In this document: piece by piece, positions 49,252 to 59,441 of the stretch
Numbering within the stretch: the first letter of the stretch is position 1
Layout: every line of letters begins with the position of its first letter
IMG/VR virus record: IMGVR_UViG_3300007346_007557
From: an uncultured virus (IMG/VR IMGVR_UViG_3300007346_007557)
Taxonomy: Duplodnaviria > Heunggongvirae > Uroviricota > Caudoviricetes
Direction: 5' to 3' (one strand)
DNA length: 64,000 bases
Translations under genes and position numbers: made by a program
Notes under the pieces: model-generated
What the model saw: only the letters and a program-made list of their open reading frames with translations
What the model was told of the DNA's origin: nothing
The model's database searches: none

Positions 49252-50405
49252 TAATTATTAGCCTTTGCTCTAAGTGCTTTACTCAATGATTGTCTCTCGA
49301 CAACTTCTTCTCCAGCAATGGTATTTACATTTGTATTGTTTATAAACGAACCTTTTAGAGTATCTTTGTCTTTTGTTGGTGTTAGTGTTGTTCTCACTTT
49401 ATCCTCTACCTTTCTCCAACTATTTCCATCATATCTAAATAATCTATTTGGAGATAAATCTATACGTAAAAAATAATCACCCTCGCCTGCTTGCGATGGA
49501 AAGCCTGTTCCCTGTCCGTACAATGCACCATTTGGTGGAATACCGTCACCAACTAAATAACCAATATATCCTGTTCCGTTAGGACTTTCAAAAACTTGAT
49601 CAGATGTTATAAGTTCGTCAGAAATTAATGTTTCTTGGTCAACGGTAACAATAGCCATTTCTCCATCTTCTGTAACACTTAATGTGTAAAATTGTGTTGT
49701 TTCATAACCACTGAGTCTTGCATTTTCTTCTGCTTGTTGGATGATAGCTTCGTTTATTTGCATTTCTTTTTCGTAAGTGCTTAAAACATCACGTAAAGTA
49801 TTACTACTACCTTCTTCTGCAGGTAAATCTAAAATATCTTTGTATTCTTGTGAATCCATTATTTGTTTGCATTTTAGTCGATACAAATGCAGATACCAAG
49901 TTTGTGAAAATCCTTCTGCTGCTCGTGTAACATCTTCTACAACATAAAATCTTTTTAACGCAACACTGAAGTCATTTAAAGCATATTCATCAATCATATG
50001 TGGTAATTCTATAACATCGCCACTCATTATTTTTCTGCCTAAAGTTTTTACACTGCTGGCAATATGTATTGTCAAAAATATTGTATCATTTTGTAAAAAT
50101 AAGCCAAATTGACTTAAATCAAAATCAGTATCTTGAACATTATAATGACCTCTGAGTGTGTAAATATCGTTGTCATATTTTCTATCTCTGTTTTCTAGAA
50201 ATAACAAGTCTTGAATGTTTGTTTCTGAAATTACATCGTATATAGGTTGTTCGATAGTTGCATCATCTGCTGATACATTCTTTGGACCGATATATTTGTG
50301 TATATTTAAATCTGTACCGCCAACCGTGAATTGTTCATAGATAATACTATCTAAAAAGTCAAAGTCTTTGGATTTTTCCGGTCTATATAAACTTAATCTA
50401 GGCAT
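49251..50405 (-). CDS. gp14: Neck protein, T4 gp14-like
   Basis: LSQFGLFL...GDVIELP...YRLKC pattern; between gp13 and gp15. Confidence 0.7.
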   Translation of the reverse strand: MPRLSLYRPEKSKDFDFLDSIIYEQFTVGGTDLNIHKYIGPKNVSADDATIEQPIYDVISETNIQDLLFLENRDRKYDNDIYTLRGHYNVQDTDFDLSQFGLFLQNDTIFLTIHIASSVKTLGRKIMSGDVIELPHMIDEYALNDFSVALKRFYVVEDVTRAAEGFSQTWYLHLYRLKCKQIMDSQEYKDILDLPAEEGSSNTLRDVLSTYEKEMQINEAIIQQAEENARLSGYETTQFYTLSVTEDGEMAIVTVDQETLISDELITSDQVFESPNGTGYIGYLVGDGIPPNGALYGQGTGFPSQAGEGDYFLRIDLSPNRLFRYDGNSWRKVEDKVRTTLTPTKDKDTLKGSFINNTNVNTIAGEEVVERQSLSKALRAKANN

Positions 50406-50410
50406 ATGTA

Positions 50411-50431
50411 TATTTATCGTTACGATAAATA
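50411..50431. promoter_or_regulatory. Perfectly palindromic divergent late promoter pair
   Basis: TATTTATCGT-T-ACGATAAATA gives GATAAATA on both strands, between divergent gp14 and gp13. Confidence 0.75.
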
Positions 50432-50446
50432 CTAGTGGAGAACAAT

Positions 50447-51208
50447 ATGGCAGACTTGACTACTGAAAAACAAGAAATTTTTGATTACGTAAATGCATTC
50501 CTCGGCGGAGGCATGGTAGATGTTGAACTTGATCCAATACACTACGAAACAGCACTTGTAAAAAGTTTAAGTAAATTTAGACAAAGAAGTGAAAATAGTG
50601 TAGAAGAAAGTTATTTGGTAATTGCACTAAATCCAGATCAAAACGAATATACATTGCCAAATGAAGTTATCGAAGTTAGACAACTATTTAGACGCAATGT
50701 AGGTAGTAGATTAGGTGCTAGTGCTGATGGCGGCAGTTTGTTTGAACCATTTAACTTAGCTTACACAAATACATATTTGTTAGCAGGTAGCGGCATCGGT
50801 GGTCTAGCAACTTATGATTTCTTTGCACAACAACAAGAACTAGTAGGTCGTATGTTTGGTAGTTTTCTTGAATTTTATTGGAATACTAGTACAAAAAAAT
50901 TAACTATATTACAACGTCCTAGAGCCGATGAAGAAATTTTAGCATATTGCTATAATCATAGACCTGACTTTGAACTATTCAAAGATTACAAAGCATATCA
51001 GTGGATTAAAGATTATACTTTAGCTAACTGCAAATATATGTTAGGTGAAGCACGTAGCAAATTTGCAACCATAGCTGGACCAGGAGGTGGTACTACACTG
51101 AATGGCGATACATTAAAAGCCGAAGCACAAGCCGAAATGGAAAAATTAGAAAAAGAACTAGATACAGCAGTTGCAGGCGGTACAGGTTATACGTTCTTAA
51201 TTGGCTAA
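50447..51208 (+). CDS. gp13: Neck protein, T4 gp13-like
   Basis: LGGGMVDVEL, WIKDYTLA..K..LG..RSKF...PGGGTTLNG motifs. Confidence 0.85.
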   Translation: MADLTTEKQEIFDYVNAFLGGGMVDVELDPIHYETALVKSLSKFRQRSENSVEESYLVIALNPDQNEYTLPNEVIEVRQLFRRNVGSRLGASADGGSLFEPFNLAYTNTYLLAGSGIGGLATYDFFAQQQELVGRMFGSFLEFYWNTSTKKLTILQRPRADEEILAYCYNHRPDFELFKDYKAYQWIKDYTLANCKYMLGEARSKFATIAGPGGGTTLNGDTLKAEAQAEMEKLEKELDTAVAGGTGYTFLIG

Positions 51209-51480
51209 AGATCGTTATCGTGAATGTACAATTGAATTAATGCATAATGCAAAATTTTCATTAAATCTTTTCGAGCATCTTCTGCTGTACCTTTTTTTCC
51301 ATAGCGATTAGAATACTTGTCAACATTGCCCATGCAAAAACCAGTTCCGTGTCCTCTATCAATAATTACTTCAGTTGATTGAAATTTATTGGTACTATAA
51401 TGTCCATCATATGTTTTGTCAATGTATGCTTGGAATTCATCAATGTATTTTTTTTCGTCAAATTTATAATCAATGCTCAT
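51205..51480 (-). CDS. DUF3310-like protein
   Basis: HY...GFCMGNVDKY..RYGKK...DLMK..HYA; sigma70-like promoter TTGACT-17-TATTAT at 51527..51499 (-). Confidence 0.7.
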   Translation of the reverse strand: MSIDYKFDEKKYIDEFQAYIDKTYDGHYSTNKFQSTEVIIDRGHGTGFCMGNVDKYSNRYGKKGTAEDARKDLMKILHYALIQLYIHDNDL

Positions 51481-51621
51481 AGTAAATCCTTTTCTATTAT
51501 AATACATGATACAAGTTGTAAAGTCAATAATAAAATGCGCACATAACGGCTAAAACCCCCTATTTTCTACCATAAGTAGATAAATATTATTGATAGACAT
51601 AATCCATAGGAGAAATAAAAA

Positions 51622-54600
51622 ATGGCATTAACATCACCAGGCGTAGAGGTCAGCGTAATTGACGAGAGTTTTTACACTCCGGCTGAACCAGGTACAACAC
51701 CTATTATTTTTGTTGCAACAGCAGAAAATAAACTAAATGGTGCAGGCACAGGAATAGCACCAGGAACAACCGCAGCAAATGCGGGTAAAGTATATCTAAT
51801 GACATCACAACGTGACTTAGTAGAAACATTTGGTGATCCATTATTTTATACAGATACAAATAATAATCCAATACATGGCGGAGAACAGAACGAATATGGC
51901 TTACAAGCCGCATATTCATATCTAGGTGTAAGTAACAGAGCATGGGTAGTTAGAGCTGATATTGATTTATCAGCATTGAATGCAAGTTCAACTGCAACAG
52001 CAGCAGATCCTGAAAATGGTACATACTGGTTAGATACACAAACTACATCATGGGGTGTATTTGAATGGAACGGAAGTGCGCTATCAACTTCAAATACATC
52101 AGGACAAACATTTACTAACAAGGCTCCTATTGTTATTACTGATTCAACAAAAGTTGCAAGTTCAAGTCCTTACACACCAAATGGTAGTGTAGGTCAGCCA
52201 GGTGAATATGCTATCGTTGCAATTTCAACAATACCACGTTTATGGTACAAAAACTCAAGTGGTACTTGGGTGCAAGTAGGAAGTGCAAACTGGAAGGCAT
52301 CATGGCCTTCAGTAAGTAGTTCAGGTTCGACTGCACCAGGCGCAGGCGAAGACTTTACTCTAAATGGTGCAACTATCACAACATCTGGTACAACATTCAC
52401 AACACTTGCTAGTGATATTGAAGGTGCAGGCGTTACCGGTGTAACAGCAGCAGTAGTAGATGGTGTATTAGAAATATACAATGACGGAACTGGAACTGAT
52501 AGTATTATCCTTGTTGACGGTACAGGAACACCGTTAGCAGATGCAGGTATTTCAGCAGGCACATATTATGCTCCTAAGTTACAAGCATCAAAACATACTA
52601 GTGTTCCAGAATACAAAACATCAGATTCAAATCCTCGTCCAACTGGAAGTATTTGGGTTAAAACAACAGAACCAAACTCAGGCGCACGTTGGAGAACCAA
52701 AGTATGGAACGGCGATACAGCAACATGGGATGCAGTTGATGCACCAATTTTTGATAATGGCGCAAGTGCAATTTATGAATTAGACAAAGCAGGTGGTGGT
52801 GCTAACTTACTTCCAGCAAATCTTTATGTAAAAACAAACGTAACTGAAGCAGCAACTAATCTTGCTAATTTTACAATTTACAAAAGAGCAGCAGCAGGCC
52901 GCACAAAAATTGTAGGTACAGCAGTAAGTTCTGTTGCAGTAGCAACATATAGTGTAACAATCCAAGAAACTATTAAAAATTCAGCTGCTTATGCATCAGC
53001 ACGTACGGTATCAATCACAACTACAGGTGCATCAACAGATGCGGAAGTAGTTGCAACACAAATTAACGCAGCAGGTTTTGCTAACATTGTTGCAAGTGTT
53101 GATAGCACAAACAGAGTTGTAATTGAACATACCTTAGGTGGAGAAATTCGTATTACTGATACAGATGGACTACTACCATTAATTGGTTTTACAAAATACA
53201 ACTACTCAACTAAAGCTGGAACAGCAAACTTATATGCTTGGCCAGGTGCAAGTTCTAACCAATATGAAGCAAGTTTGTGGACTGAATTAACATACACAGC
53301 AAGCAATGATGCACCAACTGCTCTTGCAGCACAAGGAGCATTATGGTATAGTAGTGTTGTTGATGAAGTAGATATGCTTGTACACGATGGCACTAAGTGG
53401 GTTGGGCTATTACATAGCGATTCTCCATACTATGCAGGTGGTGTAGCAGCTGATCAACCAGATCCAAAAGGTCCAATTGTAAGTGCAACTGAGCCAGATG
53501 AGCAATCAGACGGTACAGCACTTAAAACAGGCGATATTTGGATTAGCACAGCAGATTTAGATAATTATCCAACAATTTATCGTTACAATGGTAACTTAGC
53601 ATCTTGGATTTTACTAGACGCTACAGATCAAACAACTGAAAACGGTGTACTATTTGCAGATGCACGTTGGAGTATTAACGGCGGTTCATCGTCAGCACAT
53701 GAAGCAGGAACTATTGCCGATCTGTTAACAAGTTCTTTTGTTGATCCAGATGCTCCAGATCCAGCACTATATCCAAAAGGTATGTTGTTATGGAACCTAC
53801 GTAGAAGTGGCTTTAACGTAAAACGTTTTGAGCGCAACTATATTGATTTAACAGCTGACAACACACGCTTTGGCGACGAAGATATGTCAACATATTATCC
53901 ACATCGTTGGGTAACAGAATCAGCTAACGAATCAGACGGTAAAGGTAGTTTTGGACGTAAGGCACAGCGTAAAGTTGTTGTACAAAAATTACAATCATTA
54001 CTAAATGAAAATCAAGACATACGTGATGACGAATCAAGAACATTTAACTTGATTGCAACACCAGGTTATCCTGAACTAATTGGTGAAATGATCACACTTA
54101 ACTATGACAGAGGCTTAACAGCATTTGTTGTTGGTGATTCGCCGATGCGTTTAACAAGCGATGCAACTTCATTAAACGAATGGGCAACAAACGTTAACAC
54201 AGCAGTTGAAGACAACGATAATGGATTAGTAAGTAGAGATGAATATCTAGGCGTTTACTATCCAAGTGGTTTTACAAGTGACAACGCAGGTAACAATGTA
54301 GTTGTTCCGGCTTCACATATGGTGCTAAGAACTATTGCACTTAATGACCAAGTTGCTTATCCATGGTTTGCACCAGCAGGTACAAGACGTGGTGGCGTAA
54401 CAAACGCAACTTCAACAGGTTACATTAACAGCGAAGGCGAATTTGTTGCAGCAGCACTTAACGAAGGCACAAGAGATACATTGTATCAAAACAATGTAAA
54501 CCCAATTACATTCTTGAGCGGAGCAGGCTTAGTTGTGTTTGGACAGAAAACTCGTGCAAGAAATGCAAGTGCATTAGACAGAGTTAACGTAGCTAGACTT

Positions 54601-54894
54601 GTAATTTACTTACGTAGTCAACTTAACACACTAGCTAAACCATACTTGTTTGAACCAAATGATAAGATTACCCGTGATGAAATTAAACAACAGGTAGAAA
54701 GTTTAATGGTTGAACTAGTTGGTTTAAGAGCACTATATGACTTCCTAGTTGTATGTGACGAAACAAACAACACTCCTGCTAGAATTGATAGAAATGAGCT
54801 TTATGTAGATATTGCTATTGAACCAGTCAAAGCAGTTGAATTTATTTACATTCCGCTACGTATCAAGAACACAGGAGAGATCGCAGGTCTATAA
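51622..54894 (+). CDS. gp18: Tail sheath protein with large inserted domains (1090 aa)
   Basis: LTSPGVEV, FGDP, WFAPAG..RG, LYQNNVNPI, GQKT, LDRVNVARL, FEPND, EFIYI motifs. Confidence 0.95.
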   Translation: MALTSPGVEVSVIDESFYTPAEPGTTPIIFVATAENKLNGAGTGIAPGTTAANAGKVYLMTSQRDLVETFGDPLFYTDTNNNPIHGGEQNEYGLQAAYSYLGVSNRAWVVRADIDLSALNASSTATAADPENGTYWLDTQTTSWGVFEWNGSALSTSNTSGQTFTNKAPIVITDSTKVASSSPYTPNGSVGQPGEYAIVAISTIPRLWYKNSSGTWVQVGSANWKASWPSVSSSGSTAPGAGEDFTLNGATITTSGTTFTTLASDIEGAGVTGVTAAVVDGVLEIYNDGTGTDSIILVDGTGTPLADAGISAGTYYAPKLQASKHTSVPEYKTSDSNPRPTGSIWVKTTEPNSGARWRTKVWNGDTATWDAVDAPIFDNGASAIYELDKAGGGANLLPANLYVKTNVTEAATNLANFTIYKRAAAGRTKIVGTAVSSVAVATYSVTIQETIKNSAAYASARTVSITTTGASTDAEVVATQINAAGFANIVASVDSTNRVVIEHTLGGEIRITDTDGLLPLIGFTKYNYSTKAGTANLYAWPGASSNQYEASLWTELTYTASNDAPTALAAQGALWYSSVVDEVDMLVHDGTKWVGLLHSDSPYYAGGVAADQPDPKGPIVSATEPDEQSDGTALKTGDIWISTADLDNYPTIYRYNGNLASWILLDATDQTTENGVLFADARWSINGGSSSAHEAGTIADLLTSSFVDPDAPDPALYPKGMLLWNLRRSGFNVKRFERNYIDLTADNTRFGDEDMSTYYPHRWVTESANESDGKGSFGRKAQRKVVVQKLQSLLNENQDIRDDESRTFNLIATPGYPELIGEMITLNYDRGLTAFVVGDSPMRLTSDATSLNEWATNVNTAVEDNDNGLVSRDEYLGVYYPSGFTSDNAGNNVVVPASHMVLRTIALNDQVAYPWFAPAGTRRGGVTNATSTGYINSEGEFVAAALNEGTRDTLYQNNVNPITFLSGAGLVVFGQKTRARNASALDRVNVARLVIYLRSQLNTLAKPYLFEPNDKITRDEIKQQVESLMVELVGLRALYDFLVVCDETNNTPARIDRNELYVDIAIEPVKAVEFIYIPLRIKNTGEIAGL

Positions 54895-54926
54895 AAATTG
54901 GGGTCAAGGAAACTTGGCCCTAATTT
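54895..54926 (+). terminator. Hairpin after sheath gene
   Basis: AAATTGGGGTCAAG-GAAA-CTTGGCCCTAATTT; late promoter GATAAATA follows at 54927-54934. Confidence 0.65.
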
Positions 54927-54958
54927 GATAAATACTTGTGTATTAAGGAGAACAATAG

Positions 54959-55597
54959 ATGGCAATCTCAACACTATTAAATTTAACGGTACCATTAGCT
55001 AATGATACAACATCAAGCTCACAAGGCTTGTTGATGCCTAAGCTACAATATCGTTTCCGTGTTACATTAGAAAACTTTGGTATTTCAGGTGACACTCAAG
55101 AACTTACAAAACAAGTTATTGATGCTACTCGTCCTACTTTGAGTTTTGATCCAATTGTACTTGAAGTGTACAACTCAAAAATTCATATGGCGGGTAAACA
55201 CACATGGAACACCGTGTCATTAAACTTACGTGATGATGTAAGTGGTAATGTGCAAAAACTAGTTGGTGAACAACTACAGAAACAATTTGACTTTTTTGAA
55301 CAAGCAAGCGCAGCTACTGGCCAAGATTACAAATTCTTACAAAGAATTGAAGTCCTTGATGGTGGTAACGGTACAAACACTCCAGCAGTGCTTGAAACTT
55401 GGGAACTATATGGATGTTTCCTAACACAAGTTGATTACGGCAGCATGTCATATGGTGAATCAAACCCAATGACGGTTGCACTAACAATTCAATACGATAA
55501 TGCAGTGCAACTTGATCAAGGTGTTGGTACACCAAATGGGTTCCAAGATAGAACCATTGATAGCGGCACTGGTGCAACAGGCGCAGCAGCTCTTTAA
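54959..55597 (+). CDS. gp19: Tail tube protein
   Basis: PKLQYRFRV, AGKHTW, WELYGCF, LTIQYD; follows the sheath gene. Confidence 0.85.
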   Translation: MAISTLLNLTVPLANDTTSSSQGLLMPKLQYRFRVTLENFGISGDTQELTKQVIDATRPTLSFDPIVLEVYNSKIHMAGKHTWNTVSLNLRDDVSGNVQKLVGEQLQKQFDFFEQASAATGQDYKFLQRIEVLDGGNGTNTPAVLETWELYGCFLTQVDYGSMSYGESNPMTVALTIQYDNAVQLDQGVGTPNGFQDRTIDSGTGATGAAAL

Positions 55598-55619
55598 TAA
55601 TTAAATGAGATTGTCTTAA

Positions 55620-55650
55620 ATAAGGAGTCTTTACGGCTCCTTATTTTTTT
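55620..55650 (+). terminator. Rho-independent terminator after tube gene
   Basis: ATAAGGAGTC / GGCTCCTTAT stem plus T-run. Confidence 0.8.
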
Positions 55651-55663
55651 GGATAAATACTAT

Positions 55664-56971
55664 ATGGCAAGTAAACTTTATGATAATTTTAGTGGTAGAG
55701 GAAATCCTAAAGGTATTTTAGGAGACTTTCAACATGCTGCCGAGCTTTATAGAAAAAATAACTTTAGACTAAGTCCTAAAGTTAAATTTTTATATCACGT
55801 TGTATTGAATATAAATCCAATTGCACTTGCATCGTTAGGATCGAGTATACAAAGTGCTTTAAGTACAAGAGAGATAAATCTACTTGCACAAACCGTTGAC
55901 TTGCCAACATATACAACTCAAATGGAAACAAAGAATCAATACAACAGAAAAAAACTTGTGCAAACAAAACTTAATTATGATCCTGTGTCTTTAATTTTCC
56001 ATGATGATAATGCAGGATTAACTACACTACTCTGGGAAGCATATTACAGATATTATTTTCAAGATGGCAACTATTCTACTAGAACATCAACAGGTAGACC
56101 AAATTCCTATCGTGTTGGACTATATGATCCTGAACCATTAAACTTGTATAGGCACGGTCTTGATAGATATAATTTTACAGAAGCACCGTTTTTTGATAGC
56201 ATAGTTATACATCAACTACATCCGCAAAATGAAATATCAAAATTTACAAGTTATACACTTGTTAATCCATTAATTGAAAGTCATAGACATGATACTTTAG
56301 ATCAAACATCCGGAAGTGGATTAATGAAAAACACAATGTCTATTCAATATGAAACCGTGCTGTATAATAGAGGTACTACTACACAAGATAATCCTGCAGG
56401 ATTTGGAGATGATGCACATTATGATACAACACCAAGTCCATATGCTTATAGCTCGGCTAACGAAAGCGATGTAACACCTTTTGAAAATAACAGCATAAGT
56501 TTAGAGGGTTGGGCAGGAATATTTTTTGATGCTGTGTTAAAAACAATTACACAATCTGATTTACAAAATCAACGTAGTGTAATTGACAAGCAAGCAATTA
56601 CACCTCCTATAACAACTAATCAACCATTGAGTTTGTTTAATAATGTTATTGTTCCTAGACCAGATACAATAACAGGCACAACTCAAACATCTGCAACAAA
56701 TACAAACTGGGCATCAGTACTTAATGGCATAGCAAAAGACAAAAACACTTTAACTAATCAGCAAAAATTAAATGATTTTAGTAGAGTAGCATTTGGACTA
56801 GCAGACAACGATAGCGGTAGAAGTATATTTGAAAGTAAACTTGCATATGATAATCTTTCAGACGCTGCTACTTTACAAGTTCAAACAGCAGTTACTTTAA
56901 ATGCAAACGAAATTGCAAACGGTAATGTACAAGGACTTAGAAACGATTTACAAAAACTAGGAATATTATAA
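55664..56971 (+). CDS. Tail-tube-fold protein (gp19/gp54 paralog) with C-terminal extension
   Basis: VDLP...QYNRK...YDPVSLIFHDD...W..Y, MSIQYE; late promoter 55652-55659. Confidence 0.65.
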   Translation: MASKLYDNFSGRGNPKGILGDFQHAAELYRKNNFRLSPKVKFLYHVVLNINPIALASLGSSIQSALSTREINLLAQTVDLPTYTTQMETKNQYNRKKLVQTKLNYDPVSLIFHDDNAGLTTLLWEAYYRYYFQDGNYSTRTSTGRPNSYRVGLYDPEPLNLYRHGLDRYNFTEAPFFDSIVIHQLHPQNEISKFTSYTLVNPLIESHRHDTLDQTSGSGLMKNTMSIQYETVLYNRGTTTQDNPAGFGDDAHYDTTPSPYAYSSANESDVTPFENNSISLEGWAGIFFDAVLKTITQSDLQNQRSVIDKQAITPPITTNQPLSLFNNVIVPRPDTITGTTQTSATNTNWASVLNGIAKDKNTLTNQQKLNDFSRVAFGLADNDSGRSIFESKLAYDNLSDAATLQVQTAVTLNANEIANGNVQGLRNDLQKLGIL

Positions 56972-56972
56972 T

Positions 56973-57347
56973 ATGAGTTCAGTAACAGATGCAAGTATTA
57001 ATCCATCAACAGATAGTGCAAGTGAAATAAAACAATTCTTTGATCAGTATTTTTCTAATCCAATACAATATTCTAGTAACGAAGTTGATAGTGTTGTAGG
57101 ATTTTTTACAAAACGTGGTTTTGATCAACAAGCCAGTATCAGTGTAGCAACTACATTATTACAACAAGCAAAAGTAGAAAAGAAACCAATCTTTCAATTA
57201 TTAGATACACTGAAAGGTTTAGATAGTATACAATTAAGTAAATTAATTGCAGCAATACTTAATAGTAATCGTAGTTATACAAGTGCTTTAGGATATGTTA
57301 ATAATGAAAATGGTGAAACAACCGAAAGTAGGAACATTATTGTTTAA
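56973..57347 (+). CDS. Hypothetical structural-region protein
   Basis: Tightly packed ORF, coupled to gp4. Confidence 0.6.
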   Translation: MSSVTDASINPSTDSASEIKQFFDQYFSNPIQYSSNEVDSVVGFFTKRGFDQQASISVATTLLQQAKVEKKPIFQLLDTLKGLDSIQLSKLIAAILNSNRSYTSALGYVNNENGETTESRNIIV

Positions 57348-57784
57348 TGGCACGCTTTGCACAAGGAAAGTATACTTTAAAAAATCCTTCTAAGTACATT
57401 GGTGGTAGAACACCGACTTATAGAAGTAGTTGGGAATTTGCTTTCATGCGTATGTGTGATACTAATGAAAGTATTACAAAATGGGCCAGTGAAGCAATAA
57501 AGATTCCATACAGAAATCCTTTAAGTGGAAAATTTACAATCTACGTTCCAGATTTTTTTGTTGTTTACACTGATAGAAATGGCAAGCAACATGTAGAACT
57601 TATAGAAGTAAAACCTAGTAATCACACTCTTAAAGAAAAAACTGGCCGCAGTAGAACTAACCAATTACATTTTGCAGTTAATCAAGCCAAATGGACTGCT
57701 GCTAGAGCATATTGTAAACAAAAAGGTATGACGTTTAGAATAGTTACTGAAAATGAAATGTTTCACCAAGGTAAAAGAAGATGA
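57347..57784 (+). CDS. gp4: Head completion nuclease, T4 gp4-like (TnsA-type PD-(D/E)xK)
   Basis: NPSKY, YRSSWE, WASE..IPY, YVPDF, IEVKP, NQAKW.AA. Confidence 0.88.
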   Translation: MARFAQGKYTLKNPSKYIGGRTPTYRSSWEFAFMRMCDTNESITKWASEAIKIPYRNPLSGKFTIYVPDFFVVYTDRNGKQHVELIEVKPSNHTLKEKTGRSRTNQLHFAVNQAKWTAARAYCKQKGMTFRIVTENEMFHQGKRR

Positions 57785-58347
57785 AAATAGCATTTGTTCA
57801 TATTCCTAAAACAGGAGGTGCAAGTGTTTATCGTTGGTGGTATAAAAATTTAAGAAATTCTAACTTTCAATTTGTAAGAAACGGACATGAATTCATAGGA
57901 AACATAAAAGAAGATTACGATAAAAGTTTTACAATAACAAGAAATACATGGAATAGATTAATAAGTCTTTATGTATTTCAAGAACAAAAATGTTATCAAA
58001 AAATAAGAAAAAATCACAAAGTAGATTTTTATAAAGATATTTTAAATGCATGGAATAAAGGAATAGAATACTATATTGAATATAGTCTTGACAATAATTT
58101 TAATGGAACACATTGTCAAATAGAATATACAAAAGGTGTAGAACATATATTTTCAACTGAAAACTTGAAACAAGATTTTGCTACTATACAACAATGGGCC
58201 GATTGTTATATTCCTTTAGAAAAAAATGTGCATGTTGGAAAATATAATAAAAAAGAATTTATGACAAAAAAATTTATAGACTTTGTGGGTAATAAATTTC
58301 AAAAAGAAATAGAATACTTTTCCTATGCTCCTATACTAGATAAATAA
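57781..58347 (+). CDS. Sulfotransferase-family protein
   Basis: FVHIPKTGGAS 5'-PSB motif and RN...RLIS 3'-PB motif; very AT-rich. Confidence 0.75.
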   Translation: MKIAFVHIPKTGGASVYRWWYKNLRNSNFQFVRNGHEFIGNIKEDYDKSFTITRNTWNRLISLYVFQEQKCYQKIRKNHKVDFYKDILNAWNKGIEYYIEYSLDNNFNGTHCQIEYTKGVEHIFSTENLKQDFATIQQWADCYIPLEKNVHVGKYNKKEFMTKKFIDFVGNKFQKEIEYFSYAPILDK

Positions 58348-58372
58348 TAGTAGCATATAATGGATAACTACT

Positions 58373-58864
58373 ATGACAAAAAAATTAGAAGAATTGTTAA
58401 ATTTACCTGATAACCAAGACATTGTTGATGAACAACAAGAAAAAGCAGAAGCAGCAGTTATTTCACATGAAGATACATTCCGTGATATTGCAGAGTTTGA
58501 CAAAATAGCAAGTGCATTGCCTGCTGTAAAAGGTTTAGGTGATTTGGCAGACAAAGAACTAAATGAAGTTGCTGACAAAGCAATGACTGCATATGACGAC
58601 CTAATGGACCTGGGTATGAATGTTGAAAGTCGTTATAGTGGCAGAGTTTTTGAAGTTGCAGGTACTATGTTAAAAACCAGTCTTGATGCAAAAGTTGCAA
58701 AACTAGATAAAAAACTTAAAATGGTAGAACTACAACTTAAAAAAGAAAAAATGGATAGAGACAGCGGATCCGGTGATGGCGGTATTACTGAAGGCGAAGG
58801 GTTTGTAGTTACAGATAGAAATAGTCTTTTACAAAAGCTAAAAGGACTTGATAATGATAAATAG
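58373..58864 (+). CDS. Terminase small subunit-like protein
   Basis: Helical; GRVFEVAGTMLK resembles the gp16 RxxEV motif; upstream of the large terminase; late promoter 58339-58346. Confidence 0.55.
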   Translation: MTKKLEELLNLPDNQDIVDEQQEKAEAAVISHEDTFRDIAEFDKIASALPAVKGLGDLADKELNEVADKAMTAYDDLMDLGMNVESRYSGRVFEVAGTMLKTSLDAKVAKLDKKLKMVELQLKKEKMDRDSGSGDGGITEGEGFVVTDRNSLLQKLKGLDNDK

Positions 58865-58886
58865 TAGTATAGTTTAGGATACGACA

Positions 58887-59441
58887 ATGAAAAAATTTGC
58901 AGATTATTTAATTGAATCTAAAAAAACATATGAATTTAAAATCGGAGTTGCTGGCGAGCTGCCTGAAGATTTTGAAAACCGCATGGAAACTGCACTACAA
59001 AAGTTTGCTTGTACAAAGATGAGTGCAGGTAAAAAAACACCTATTCAAGAACGTCCGTTGGACTTTCCTCAATTACAAAATACAGACGTTACCTACTATG
59101 AAGTAGAATGTTCATATCCTACAACAATACAAGTTTTACAAGAATACATTGGTAGTTGCTGTGCTATTCCTCAAAGCCACATTATTGTACGTAATCCAAA
59201 CGAACCACAAGAACTATATCAGCAAGAAGATACAAAAGACGAATATGTAGCAAAACTTACACAAGAAGACATGGGCGGAGAAAGCGCACAAGAAGATGCA
59301 GGCAGCGCTCGTGTTATGAATTTGTTGAAAGAATTAGAAACAGCCCGTAAAGAAAGATCAAACGATTATGTTGGTGAGGCTCCTGCAGGAGAGAGCAAAG
59401 ATATCAGCGATGCTGAAAACAGCAAGGCAGTGTTATCATGA
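58887..59441 (+). CDS. Hypothetical protein, possible internal head protein
   Basis: N-terminus MKKFADYLIE resembles the T4 capsid-targeting sequence; late promoter 58856-58863. Confidence 0.6.
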   Translation: MKKFADYLIESKKTYEFKIGVAGELPEDFENRMETALQKFACTKMSAGKKTPIQERPLDFPQLQNTDVTYYEVECSYPTTIQVLQEYIGSCCAIPQSHIIVRNPNEPQELYQQEDTKDEYVAKLTQEDMGGESAQEDAGSARVMNLLKELETARKERSNDYVGEAPAGESKDISDAENSKAVLS

